From contig DHON01000112.1 of NCBI GenBank assembly GCA_002409965.1, positions 555 through 64,554 on the forward strand: DNA of 64,000 bases. The letters are read 5' to 3'. Source of the stretch: Firmicutes bacterium UBA5389. GTDB taxonomy: Bacteria > Bacillota > DTU025. Shown in pieces: positions 42,907 to 52,824 of the stretch (positions are counted from its first letter, which is position 1; every line of letters begins with the position of its first letter). The notes below the pieces were generated by a model. That model saw only the letters and a list, made by a program, of their open reading frames with translations, did no database searches and had not been told where the DNA came from. The position numbers and the translations under genes are program-made.

Positions 42907-43362
42907 GTGCAAGCCGACTGCTTCGACAATGCTCTTCAAAAGCTCCGAAAGCGCGGGTTCAAGTTGACGCCGCAGCGCAGGGCGGTGCTCAGGCTGTTCT
43001 GCTCCGACGATGCTCGACACCTCACGGCTCAGCAAGCTCACGATGCAATCCGAGAGCGGGAACCGAGCATCGGTCTGGTGACTGTGTACCGCTCGCTCGA
43101 GCTGTTCACAAGTGTGGAAATCCTCCACAGGGTCAAGTTCAACGATGGTTTCGACCGGTACGAGCGACACCCGGGCGCCGCAGGTCACCATCACCACCTG
43201 GTATGCGCTGGATGCGGCCAGGTGGTCGAGTTCGGCGACTGCCTGATCAGGTCGATGGAGCAGAAACTGGAGAAGACGAGCGGCTTCTGTATCGAAGGAC
43301 ATTGGCTGGAGCTGATCGGCAGATGCCCCGAGTGTCGCGGACGCGCAAAGGAGGACAACTGA
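42907..43362 (+). CDS. Fur-family metalloregulator (Fur/Zur/Nur)
   Basis: KLTPQRRAVL, HLTA, TVYRSL, HHHHLVCAGCG, CPEC; GTG 42907 after GGGAGG. Confidence 0.92.
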   Translation: MQADCFDNALQKLRKRGFKLTPQRRAVLRLFCSDDARHLTAQQAHDAIREREPSIGLVTVYRSLELFTSVEILHRVKFNDGFDRYERHPGAAGHHHHLVCAGCGQVVEFGDCLIRSMEQKLEKTSGFCIEGHWLELIGRCPECRGRAKEDN

Positions 43363-43365
43363 TCC

Positions 43366-44094
43366 ATGTCGCATCTTCACATCCCCGACGGCGTGCTCCC
43401 TCTGCCTTGGATTGCAGCCGGGATAGGCCTCACCGCTCTCTTCGTATACCTTGCGCTCGCAGCCCTCAAACGGCATGATCGCGCCAGAGTCGTATCGCGA
43501 ATCGCCACGCTCTCCGCAGTCATGCTACTGGCAATGAGTCTTCCCATACCGCTGCTGGGCTACCATGTGAACCTCACAGTGCTCGCCGGCATACTCGCAG
43601 GTCCGGCAGAGGGGTTCATCGCCGCGTTCGTCACCAACCTGATCCTGGGGTTGATGGCCCACGGCGGCATCACCGTGGTCGGGTTGAATACCCTCGTCAC
43701 AGGGCTGGAGGTCAGCCTTGGCTGGCTTATCTGGAGATCGCTCCGGCGCGCGCTGCGCCGACCATTCGCCGCAGCCGCCGTTTCCACAGTGATAGTCCTC
43801 CTCATATCCACCACAGCTATGCTTGGCATCGTGGCTGGAACACAGATCAACCCGGACCTCGCGTTGCACCGGCACGATCACTCGGAGCATGCAGATCACT
43901 CGGAGCATGCAGACAACGCGGACCACGCAGATGATACAGATCACGTTGGATCCCTCAAGGCTTTCGCCGCGGTCGTCTATGCTACAGGGGCGGTGGGGTG
44001 GGCCATCGAGGCCCTCGTGGTCGGGTCGGTGACGGAGTTCATCGCGAAATCCAGGCCCGACATGCTGAGTCCAAGCCCCGACAGGGAGGCTTGA
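43366..44094 (+). CDS. cbiM: ECF metal transporter S component (CbiM/NikM-like) with His-rich loop
   Basis: MSHLHIPDG N-terminus, YHVNL, GILAGP, AHGGITVVGLN. Confidence 0.85.
   Translation: MSHLHIPDGVLPLPWIAAGIGLTALFVYLALAALKRHDRARVVSRIATLSAVMLLAMSLPIPLLGYHVNLTVLAGILAGPAEGFIAAFVTNLILGLMAHGGITVVGLNTLVTGLEVSLGWLIWRSLRRALRRPFAAAAVSTVIVLLISTTAMLGIVAGTQINPDLALHRHDHSEHADHSEHADNADHADDTDHVGSLKAFAAVVYATGAVGWAIEALVVGSVTEFIAKSRPDMLSPSPDREA
43876..43911 (+). repeat. Tandem 18-bp duplication encoding DHSEHA x2
   Basis: GATCACTCGGAGCATGCA repeated twice, followed by degenerate DNADHA/DDTDH units. Confidence 0.9.
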
Positions 44095-44098
44095 GCTG

Positions 44099-44803
44099 GT
44101 GGATGTGCAGTTCGTCGACGAACTCGCGGCCAATGGCCGCACGCCGTTGCACGCCGCGCTGCCCTGGGTGAAGATATCGGCTTCCGCCGCCTTGCTCGCG
44201 GCATCGATAGCCGCGAGCACGCCTGTGGCTGCCGGTGCGGCGGCAGTCGCCGTGGTCGTCTTCGCATCGGCATCCCTTGGCCAACTGCGCTACACAGTGA
44301 CGATGGCGCTCTACCCGGTGTTCTTCGCGAGCATTTTCGCCCTGGGCTCGGTTCAGCGGAGCCCGCTGTTCGCCCTGACAATAGTGGTCAAGGCCTTCTC
44401 GGCCGGCCTGGTCGCCTCCACTCTGATTACCACCACGCCCTTTGTCGACATCTTCGCCGGCGTCTCCCGGGCGATGCCGGCGATAGTCTCTGATGCGCTT
44501 TTCATGGGGTACAGGTCTTTCTTCATCCTCATCAACGAACTGCAGAATCTGCTCCGAGCTGTGCGGTTGCGCGGCGGAGCGGGGCGCGGGCTCGCGCAGC
44601 AGTTGCGCACATACGGCCAGGTCCTGGGCGTGGTGATCTTGCATTCGGCGGACATGACGGAACGCATGTACCGGGTCATGATAGTCCGGGGATACTCGCA
44701 GCGAATCGAGTCGGCGCGCGAATGGCCTCCGCCCCGCACCTTCGACTACCTGCTGATCGCGTACGCCGGGGCCGTGCTCGCTCTCATCCTGACACTGAAG
44801 TAA
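44099..44803 (+). CDS. cbiQ: ECF transporter T component (CbiQ-like)
   Basis: TPLH..PWVKI, TTTPF, YRSFF, LRG, ERMYRVMIVRGY. Confidence 0.87.
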   Translation: MDVQFVDELAANGRTPLHAALPWVKISASAALLAASIAASTPVAAGAAAVAVVVFASASLGQLRYTVTMALYPVFFASIFALGSVQRSPLFALTIVVKAFSAGLVASTLITTTPFVDIFAGVSRAMPAIVSDALFMGYRSFFILINELQNLLRAVRLRGGAGRGLAQQLRTYGQVLGVVILHSADMTERMYRVMIVRGYSQRIESAREWPPPRTFDYLLIAYAGAVLALILTLK

Positions 44804-44881
44804 GGTAGACGCAGCCCGGGGCCGTCCGCGCGATCCATCTTTCAACACGCGACCTTCGAAACTCGAGAGGAGACAACTACG

Positions 44882-45787
44882 ATGGAAAACGATGAGATAA
44901 TCGCACAGGTGAATTGCCTAAAGCACGTGTATCCGGACCAGACAGCCGTCGACCTGTGCGGGCTGAACTTCACGGTCCATCGCGGCCAACGCGTTGCCGT
45001 GCTCGGCGCCAACGGCAGCGGGAAGTCCACGCTCATCTTCCACCTTCTTGGGCTGCTCTCCCCGGTTGACGGGCAAGTGAGCGTATTCGGGGTGAACCCG
45101 GCGAAGCAGTTCCGCGAGATACGCCACCGAGTGGGAGTCTTGCTGCAGAATGTGGACGACCAGATCATCGGCCCTACTGTATGGGATGACGTCACCTTCA
45201 CTCCGCGCGCGCTGGGCTGGCCGCGCGAGCGGGTCGACGCCTGCGCCGGCGCCATCCTCGAGCGCATGGAGATATCGCACCTCAAAGACAGGATTCCGCA
45301 CTACCTGAGCGGCGGCGAGAAGCGCAAGGTGGCCCTAGCGGGCGCGCTCGTGACCGAGCCAGAACTGCTCATAATGGACGAGCCCTTCACCGGCCTCGAC
45401 CCCAGATCCCGCTCGGAGTTGGTCCGGCTGATGAACCACGTCCATTCAGAGTACGGCGTAACGTACATAATCTCCACGCACGAAATCGACTTCGTGCCGC
45501 ACATCGCCGACTGGGTCTACGTCCTCGGAGGCCAGCACGGCATCACCCTGTCGGGCACGCCTCAGGAGGTGTTTTCCCAGCCCGAGGCGCTCCGCGCGGT
45601 CAGCGTCGACCTTCCCGCTCTCGCAGAGTTGTTCGAAGTCCTGCAGAAAAGGGGGTGGGACGTTGCCGTCCCACTCACTGTAGATCAGGCTGTCGTCGAA
45701 CTTGAGAAGAGCAGGCCCGGCGCCGAGTCGCTTTCCTCGAAAGCTGCCCCGCCTACATCGCCGCCTACCCCACGTGCGGAATCTTGA
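44882..45787 (+). CDS. cbiO: ECF transporter ATPase (CbiO-like)
   Basis: [25 protein letters not shown]. Confidence 0.9.
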   Translation: MENDEIIAQVNCLKHVYPDQTAVDLCGLNFTVHRGQRVAVLGANGSGKSTLIFHLLGLLSPVDGQVSVFGVNPAKQFREIRHRVGVLLQNVDDQIIGPTVWDDVTFTPRALGWPRERVDACAGAILERMEISHLKDRIPHYLSGGEKRKVALAGALVTEPELLIMDEPFTGLDPRSRSELVRLMNHVHSEYGVTYIISTHEIDFVPHIADWVYVLGGQHGITLSGTPQEVFSQPEALRAVSVDLPALAELFEVLQKRGWDVAVPLTVDQAVVELEKSRPGAESLSSKAAPPTSPPTPRAES

Positions 45788-47414
45788 TCCCGTGCTCGCG
45801 CGCAAATTCCTGGGCTTCCTCATAGCCGGCGTCTGCGTGGCGCACCACGCCTGTGCCGGGGTCGCCAGTGAGTACGCGTTCCAGTCGGCGCGCCGCCGCC
45901 TCGGTCCCGTCGGCCACTATGACCATGCCGGCGTGGAGCGAGTACCCGATGCCCACTCCTCCGCCGTGGTGGAATGACACCCACGTGGCCCCGTTGACCG
46001 CGTTGAGCATCGCATTGAGCACCGGCCAGTCGGCGATGGCGTCAGAGCCGTCCTTCATGCCTTCAGTCTCCCGGTTGGGCGATGCCACCGACCCGCAATC
46101 CAGATGGTCGCGGCCTATCACGATGGGCGCGCTGATCTTACCCTGAGCCACCAGATCGTTGATGATCCGCCCGAACCTGGCCCGTTCACCGTAGCCCAGC
46201 CAGCATATGCGGGACGGGAGTCCTTGGAATGCTACCTTGTCGTGGGCCATCTGGATCCATCTCACCAGGTGCTCATCGTAGGCAAACTCCTTGAGGATGA
46301 CTTCATCAGTGACCCAGATGTCCTTGGGGTCTCCCGATAAGGCCACCCACCTGAACGGTCCCTTGCCCTCGCAGAATAACGGGCGCACGTAGGCGGGGAC
46401 GAACCCCGGGTAATCGAACGCATTCGTTACACCCTCGTCGAACGCGACTTGGCGCAGGTTGTTGCCGTAGTCGAACGCCACCGCGCCTCGTGCCGTCATG
46501 TCGAGAATCGCCCTGACTTGCGTAGCCATGGAGGCCTTGGCCCTGCGCACATACTCCTCAGGGTCGGCCCGGCGCAGCTCGGCAGCCTGCTCCAGAGTGA
46601 GCCCGGCGGGTACATACCCGTTGAGCGGGTCATGCGCAGAGGTCTGGTCGGTCACAAGATCCGGTATCATGCCTCGCCGCACAAACTCAGGATGCGTCTC
46701 GGCTGCATTGCCCACCAGAGCTATGGACCTCGGCATCCCCTTCTCCTGCGCCTCCCGGGCAAGGGCGATGGCCTCATCGATGCTGTCGGTAACCATCTCA
46801 CAGTACCGAGTGGCGATACGCCGCTCGATCCTAGTCCTGTCCACCTCGACTGCTATGATCACCCCATCGTTGAACGTCGCCGCCAGCGGCTGGGCGCCGC
46901 TCATTCCTCCAAGCCCCGCCGTCAGAACCAGTCTACCCTTGAGGCTGCCGCCGAAGTGCTTGCGGGCCGCCGCGGCGAAGGTCTCATAGGTTCCCTGCAG
47001 GATTCCCTGCGTACCTATGTAGATCCAGCTACCCGCGGTCATCTGCCCGTACATCGTCAGCCCCATCGCCTCAAGCTCCCAAAACTTCTCCCAGGTGGCC
47101 CAGTGCGGCACGAGCATAGAGTTGGAGATCAGAACGCGCGGCGCGTCTGGATGTGACCGGAACACCGCGACCGGCTTCCCCGACTGAACAAGCAGCGTCT
47201 CGTCGGGCTCGAGCTCGCGAAGCGCCCGAACGATGGCATCGAACGCCTCAAAGCTGCGCGCGGCCTTACCCCTGCCGCCGTAAACTACCAGGTCATCCGG
47301 GCGCTCAGCCACATCAGGGTCGAGGTTGTTCATGAGCATTCGAAGCGCCGCTTCCTGCTGCCACCCCTTGCACGAGATCTCAGTCCCGCGCGGAGCCCTT
47401 ATGACTCTTAACAT
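45765..47414 (-). CDS. hutU: Urocanate hydratase
   Basis: [49 protein letters not shown]. Confidence 0.97.
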   Translation of the reverse strand: MLRVIRAPRGTEISCKGWQQEAALRMLMNNLDPDVAERPDDLVVYGGRGKAARSFEAFDAIVRALRELEPDETLLVQSGKPVAVFRSHPDAPRVLISNSMLVPHWATWEKFWELEAMGLTMYGQMTAGSWIYIGTQGILQGTYETFAAAARKHFGGSLKGRLVLTAGLGGMSGAQPLAATFNDGVIIAVEVDRTRIERRIATRYCEMVTDSIDEAIALAREAQEKGMPRSIALVGNAAETHPEFVRRGMIPDLVTDQTSAHDPLNGYVPAGLTLEQAAELRRADPEEYVRRAKASMATQVRAILDMTARGAVAFDYGNNLRQVAFDEGVTNAFDYPGFVPAYVRPLFCEGKGPFRWVALSGDPKDIWVTDEVILKEFAYDEHLVRWIQMAHDKVAFQGLPSRICWLGYGERARFGRIINDLVAQGKISAPIVIGRDHLDCGSVASPNRETEGMKDGSDAIADWPVLNAMLNAVNGATWVSFHHGGGVGIGYSLHAGMVIVADGTEAAARRLERVLTGDPGTGVVRHADAGYEEAQEFAREHGIKIPHVG

Positions 47415-47504
47415 CCGCTGATCCCTCCAGCCGTGTATCTCGTATATCGCGAGATCGATTCCCTTGCCGCGCGCATGCCAGCCCGCGGCGGCGTCTACTC
47501 CAAC

Positions 47505-49031
47505 CTACTCCAACGAACCTACGGCCTGTTCCGCCGCGCGCAGCAGAGTCTCGTCCTGAACCAGCTCCGAGATGCGGGCAATATCGGTCGCCAGCACCCT
47601 GTCGTGATCGAGGTGTGCCACCTTCGCCCTGACTGCTCTGTGCACCGCCGCGATGCCCGCGCCCGGCTCCAGCGGAGCCAGGAAGTCCACGCCCTGCGCG
47701 GCACACATGATCTCAATCGCGAGCACATTCGCAGCATTCGCCCGAATCTGCCTGGCCTTGCGGGCGGCGATCGTGCCCATGCTCACGTGGTCTTCCTGGT
47801 TGCCCGAGGTCGGTATGGAGTCAACCACCGCAGGCGACGCCAGTATCTTGTTCTCGGAGACCAACGCGGCTGCGGTGTACTGCGCTATCATCATGCCGGA
47901 ATTCAGCCCGCCGTGCTCAGTCAGGAATGGCGGCAACCCTGAAAGCTGGGGATTGACCATTCTCTCAGTGCGGCGTTCGGATATACTGGCCAGCTCAGAC
48001 GCTGCTATGCCCAGAAAGTCCATGGCCATGGCCACCGGCTCCCCATGGAAATTGCCCCCAGAGATCACATCGCCGTCTTCGGGAAAAATGAGAGGATTGT
48101 CGGTGGCCGAGTTCATCTCACGCTCCACCACTTGCCGCGCATACTCCATGGCATCGCGCGCCGCCCCGTGCACCTGCGGCGCGCACCTGAGCGAGTAGGC
48201 GTCCTGCACCTTTGAGCAGTCCCTGTGCGACTCGCGGATGGCGCTCCCCTCCATCAGACGGAGCATGTTGCGGGCCGATGCCGCCTGTCCCGGATGGGGG
48301 CGCGCCGCGTGCACCCGCGGATCGAAGGCGGACGCCGTCCCGCGCAGGGCCTCGGTGGTCATCGCGGCCGCGATATCGGCCGTCCGGGCCAGCACCGACA
48401 CATCATACACCGCGAGCGAACCTATTGCCGTCATGACCTGAGTGCCGTTTATCAGGGCCAGACCCTCTTTGGCGCGCAGAGCGACTACGGGGATTCCCGC
48501 CCGCGCCATCGCCTCTGCACCAGTCAGCGTGTCGCCTCTGTATCGAGCCGTGCCCTCGCCTATCACCACCAGCATGGTGTGGGCAAGAGGCGCCAGATCG
48601 CCGCTCGAGCCCACCGAACCCTGCGACGGTACCTCGGGGTGCACGCCCTGGTTGAGCATGGCGATGAGAGTATCGACGACCTCCCCCCGGGCGCCCGAGT
48701 ATCCACAGGCCAGCGCATTCGCCCTAAGCAGCAGAATCGCCCGCACCACCTCGTCCGGCAGGAGCTCGCCCACGCCCGATGCGTGCGACAGCAACAGATT
48801 TCGCTGCAGAGTCGCTGAGTCCTCGGGCGAGATCACCACATCGGCGAACCTTCCGAACCCAGTCGTCACTCCGTACACCGGCCTCTCGCGCCCAAGCAAC
48901 GTATCCACATACGCCGAGGCCTGGTCTATCCTTCGCCGTGCGTCCGGATCGAGCGACACAGGCGCCCCGCCTCTAGCCACCGCGACGACATCCGCGATTG
49001 ACAGGTTCGCGCCGTCGATACTGACATGCAT
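47505..49031 (-). CDS. hutH: Histidine ammonia-lyase
   Basis: VYGVTTGFG, GSVGSSGDLAPL (MIO-forming SSG variant), KEGLALING, QDAYSLRC, NQEDHVSM; start ATG 49031. Confidence 0.96.
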   Translation of the reverse strand: MHVSIDGANLSIADVVAVARGGAPVSLDPDARRRIDQASAYVDTLLGRERPVYGVTTGFGRFADVVISPEDSATLQRNLLLSHASGVGELLPDEVVRAILLLRANALACGYSGARGEVVDTLIAMLNQGVHPEVPSQGSVGSSGDLAPLAHTMLVVIGEGTARYRGDTLTGAEAMARAGIPVVALRAKEGLALINGTQVMTAIGSLAVYDVSVLARTADIAAAMTTEALRGTASAFDPRVHAARPHPGQAASARNMLRLMEGSAIRESHRDCSKVQDAYSLRCAPQVHGAARDAMEYARQVVEREMNSATDNPLIFPEDGDVISGGNFHGEPVAMAMDFLGIAASELASISERRTERMVNPQLSGLPPFLTEHGGLNSGMMIAQYTAAALVSENKILASPAVVDSIPTSGNQEDHVSMGTIAARKARQIRANAANVLAIEIMCAAQGVDFLAPLEPGAGIAAVHRAVRAKVAHLDHDRVLATDIARISELVQDETLLRAAEQAVGSLE

Positions 49032-49108
49032 GCCGGTCCCTTCCTTCCTCGCCTCATCCCGTGCTCTGCGCAGACGGCGCCGGCGGCGCTGACCGCGCAG
49101 GGCACGCC

Positions 49109-50407
49109 TTACCCCCGCGCAATCCTCCGCGCGACATCGCAAGTCCAGTCAGTGAGCCTGCCAAGTTCGATGCTGGCAAAGCCGATAACATCGGTATCCA
49201 GACGGCCCGCGATGGACTCCTTCCACCTTGCCGGGATGGCGCGCTCGCCTATGAGGGCTCCAACAGTGGCGCCCACCTGCCCCGTGCTGCAATCGCAGTC
49301 CCAACCGCAGCTGGCCGCGATTGAGACGCTCTCGCTGAAGTCGCCGCCTCCCAAGAGCAAGCTCATCACCACGATCGCGGCATTCGGGAAGGTGTGTATC
49401 CAGTGCAGATCGCCGTAGGTCTGGTCGATCCAGTCGAGCACATCCTCCCACCGGCCACGCTCCTTGCACTTGGCCACCGTTGATCGGACAACCGATGCAA
49501 ACTCGCTGTCCCTAGGGACATACCCCAGCGCCCGGCTGATGATCTTGCTGACATCGCCCATGACGAACGCCAGGCTCACCATGACCGAGTTGAAGACCTC
49601 CCCGTATACGCCTTCCTTGACATGCGAGATGATCGCGTCCTTATATGCCAGCTCAGCCGCGAGTTCAGGTCTGCCGGGAGCGATGAGCCCGTGCACCTCG
49701 CCGCGCATCTGAGCCCCGATCCAATCGCTGAACGGGTTGTTCTCGCGCGCCGAGTACGGCGGGATGAGCCCCCTGTGCAAGTTCTCAAGCGCTTGCCTTT
49801 CAGCGGTATAGGTCTGATCCAGCTCCAGATGCTGTACCCACTCATATCCGAGATCCCTGCTGGTAAATCCCGGGCCGTGCTCTTCGATGCAGTGCAACAC
49901 GATGATCTGGTAGTTGATGTCGTCGTTCCTGGTGTCCGGCTTCTGCAGGTAGTCCGTGACCCTGCCGCGCTCTTTCCGCACCTTGGCGCTGGGCCATCCC
50001 GCGGAAGGGTCTCCCAGGGCGCAGCCTATACACTTGCCGTACCAAGCGCCATATACTTTGTCACGATAGGCCTGATTCCCTGCATCCACACTGCATATTT
50101 CGCGCCCTGCGACAGCGGTCCAGCTTCGCTTGAGTTCGTCCCAAGTATCGGGCAGGTGGTCGTCGTTCACCATTTTCGGGGCCCGCCGCAGAGCCTCCCA
50201 CATCATCGCGATCACTTTCTGAAGAGCCCAGTAGTCTCCGGAATTGTATGCCTCCCACCCCCGAGGAATGAGCTGCCTTGCCTCCGACACGTCGTAACCC
50301 CGCTTCTCGAGGGCATCCACGCACTCGATCATCCGGTTCTCCACAATACCGCTCATGGGCATTACATCCTGCCACATCGCGGCTGCCTGTTTCTCAGCAT
50401 GCGTCAT
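49109..50407 (-). CDS. ADP-ribosylglycohydrolase family protein
   Basis: GKCIGCALG, NDDINY, TAER, WIGAQMR, ISH..EGVYG, GWDCDC; ATG after GGAGGAGG. Confidence 0.85.
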   Translation of the reverse strand: MTHAEKQAAAMWQDVMPMSGIVENRMIECVDALEKRGYDVSEARQLIPRGWEAYNSGDYWALQKVIAMMWEALRRAPKMVNDDHLPDTWDELKRSWTAVAGREICSVDAGNQAYRDKVYGAWYGKCIGCALGDPSAGWPSAKVRKERGRVTDYLQKPDTRNDDINYQIIVLHCIEEHGPGFTSRDLGYEWVQHLELDQTYTAERQALENLHRGLIPPYSARENNPFSDWIGAQMRGEVHGLIAPGRPELAAELAYKDAIISHVKEGVYGEVFNSVMVSLAFVMGDVSKIISRALGYVPRDSEFASVVRSTVAKCKERGRWEDVLDWIDQTYGDLHWIHTFPNAAIVVMSLLLGGGDFSESVSIAASCGWDCDCSTGQVGATVGALIGERAIPARWKESIAGRLDTDVIGFASIELGRLTDWTCDVARRIARG

Positions 50408-50639
50408 ACCTGTATTCCTCCTCCGCATCGTCCTGTTGCTTCTGGACCTTCGCTGCTTTCTAGCTCTTGACACTGCCTGCCGGCTGCCCAAGACGGCGAT
50501 TCAGCGGTGGAATCGTGTGCGCAAAAACCGGCCGCGCCGGCGCACTCTACCATGCGCCGATGCGACCGGTATGTCAGGCAGACCCGGCATGGGCCCTGCC
50601 CGCCCCATTGACGGATTGCACGCACCCTCGCGGCCGGCG

Positions 50640-52625
50640 CTAGGCCGGCGCGCCTTCGGGGTTGGGCTCACGCTTGCCGCCCGACTTCAACCTCTCCTCG
50701 ATGGCTGCAAGGGTGCCTCTGGCGTCCCCGGCTGACGGAGCCGGCGACTCCGATCCCGGTCCACGAGTCGCCGCAGTCTGCGCGCCCCGCGCCCCGGCCC
50801 GGCTAGCTTCGGCAGTGTCTGCCAGGATGCCCTCGAGTTCATCGCCCTCGACGGTCTCCCTCTCCTTGAGGGTCTGAGCCAGCTTGTGCAGCTTATCGAC
50901 GTTATCGGAGAGCATCTGCCGCGCCCGATCATGGGCAGCGGTCACTATCTTGTGAACCTCTTCGTCGATCTTCGCGGCCACCTCTTCACTGTAGTTACGG
51001 TCGCGGGAAATATCGCGCCCCAGGAAGACCTGCTCCTCCTGGCTGCGGCCGAACGTCATCGGGCCGAGTTCGCTCATGCCGTATTCAGTGACCATCTTGC
51101 GAGCGGTCTTGCTCACGCGCTCCAAGTCCATGCCGGCGCCGGTGCTGATCTCGCCCAGCACCAGCTCTTCTGCAACCCGACCGCCCAGGGCCACTATGAT
51201 CTCATTCATGATCTCAGACTTCGTGGAGTACCGATATCTCCTGTCGTCCTCCGGCACCATCAGGGTGTAGCCTCCGGCCCGTCCTCGGCCCACTATCGAC
51301 ACCTTGACAACCGGATCGGCTCCCGGCAGGAGGTGGGCCAGCATCGCGTGGCCCGACTCATGATAGGCCACCAGATCCCTCTCGCGCTCGCTCATGATCC
51401 GGCCCTTCTTGGCGGGACCCGCCACTATTCGCTCTATCGCCTCCGACATCTCGGCCATAGCCACCTTTTTCTTGTTGAGCCTGGCCGCCAGTAGCGCCGC
51501 TTCGTTCAAGAGGTTCGCAAGGTCAGCGCCGGTGAAACCGGGGGTGCGCTTGGAAAGCGCTTTGAGATCCACATCCGGTTCCAGAGGTTTGTTCTTGGCG
51601 TGAATCTTGAGTATCTCCTCTCTCCCGCGCTGATCGGGCGCATCCACCACTATGTGCCGGTCGAACCTGCCCGCGCGCAGCAACGCGGGATCGAGGACAT
51701 CGGGCCTGTTAGTCGCGGCCAGGATTATGATCCCGGAATTGGGATCGAACCCGTCCATCTCGGAGAGCAGCTGATTGAGGGTCTGCTCACGCTCATCATG
51801 ACCGCCGCCCAAACCGGCGCCTCTCTGCCGCCCCACCGCGTCGATCTCATCGATAAACACAATACACGGAGCGTTCTTCTTCGCCTGGTCGAACATGTCG
51901 CGCACACGGCTCGCGCCCACGCCCACGAACATCTCCACAAAGTCGGAGCCGCTGACGCTGAAGAACGGAACATCCGCCTCGCCCGCCACTGCCTTGGCGA
52001 GCAGGGTCTTGCCGGTTCCGGGAGGACCCACCAGCAGAATGCCCCTGGGTATCCTGGCCCCAAGCTCGATATAGCGCTTGGGGTGCTTCAAGTAGTCGAC
52101 GATCTCCACGAGTTCCTCTTTGACCTCGTCCACTCCGGCAACGTCGTCGAATGTCACGCGCCCTCGCTCGCTGGCATGGAGTTTGGCCCGGCTCCGCCCG
52201 AACTGCATCGCCTTGTTGCCCCCGCCCTGAAGCTGGTTCATGATGAAGAAGAACACAGCGAACAGCAACACTATCGATATCAGATTGGGGATAAGCGCAA
52301 TCCACCAGGCCCCCTGACTTTCAGGAATCATGCTGATCTCGACGCGCGATGCAAGTTCAGGGTCGTTCCTAACATCCTCGACCAAGCCCTTCACATCGGG
52401 GTAGTACAGCTTGAACTTTCGCCCATCGTCAAGAGTGCCCCGGATTGCGTTATCGCCGACTATCTCGAGTTGCGTAACCTTCCGATCCTGCCAGTATTTC
52501 ATGAACTGGCTAGCCGAGATCTCATCGGTGCGGGATTTGCCCATGAAGAGCGAGTTGGATATGGAGACTGCTATCAGGCCGAGCAACAGCCATAGAGCAA
52601 GGCTTTTCATCAACCTATTGTTCAC
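50640..52625 (-). CDS. ftsH: ATP-dependent zinc metalloprotease FtsH
   Basis: Two TMs, [32 protein letters not shown]; start GTG 52625 or TTG 52640. Confidence 0.97.
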   Translation of the reverse strand: MNNRLMKSLALWLLLGLIAVSISNSLFMGKSRTDEISASQFMKYWQDRKVTQLEIVGDNAIRGTLDDGRKFKLYYPDVKGLVEDVRNDPELASRVEISMIPESQGAWWIALIPNLISIVLLFAVFFFIMNQLQGGGNKAMQFGRSRAKLHASERGRVTFDDVAGVDEVKEELVEIVDYLKHPKRYIELGARIPRGILLVGPPGTGKTLLAKAVAGEADVPFFSVSGSDFVEMFVGVGASRVRDMFDQAKKNAPCIVFIDEIDAVGRQRGAGLGGGHDEREQTLNQLLSEMDGFDPNSGIIILAATNRPDVLDPALLRAGRFDRHIVVDAPDQRGREEILKIHAKNKPLEPDVDLKALSKRTPGFTGADLANLLNEAALLAARLNKKKVAMAEMSEAIERIVAGPAKKGRIMSERERDLVAYHESGHAMLAHLLPGADPVVKVSIVGRGRAGGYTLMVPEDDRRYRYSTKSEIMNEIIVALGGRVAEELVLGEISTGAGMDLERVSKTARKMVTEYGMSELGPMTFGRSQEEQVFLGRDISRDRNYSEEVAAKIDEEVHKIVTAAHDRARQMLSDNVDKLHKLAQTLKERETVEGDELEGILADTAEASRAGARGAQTAATRGPGSESPAPSAGDARGTLAAIEERLKSGGKREPNPEGAPA

Positions 52626-52672
52626 GGCAAGTAGGCGCAAGACGCCCTCTGCATCAGGACATCGTGGTACAT
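52622..52672 (-). CDS. Putative 16-aa u[19 protein letters not shown] whose stop overlaps the ftsH GTG
   Basis: AAGGAGG RBS 7 nt before ATG 52672; its TGA overlaps ftsH as GTGA. Confidence 0.4.
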   Translation of the reverse strand: MYHDVLMQRASCAYLP

Positions 52673-52757
52673 GCGCCTTCCTCCTTCCCTGACTAATTCA
52701 GGTGCATGCTGCAAATGCAACCCCAAATAATAGATAATCCCCGTTATGCGTGAACAC

Positions 52758-52786
52758 ATTATAGCATAGCGCCTTTTCTATCACAA
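52758..52786 (-). promoter_or_regulatory. Sigma-A promoter of ftsH
   Basis: Minus strand TTGTGA-17 bp-TATAAT with extended TG. Confidence 0.7.
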
Positions 52787-52824
52787 ACGAAACACATGGC
52801 CGTACAGTTTCCTCACCAACCGGT

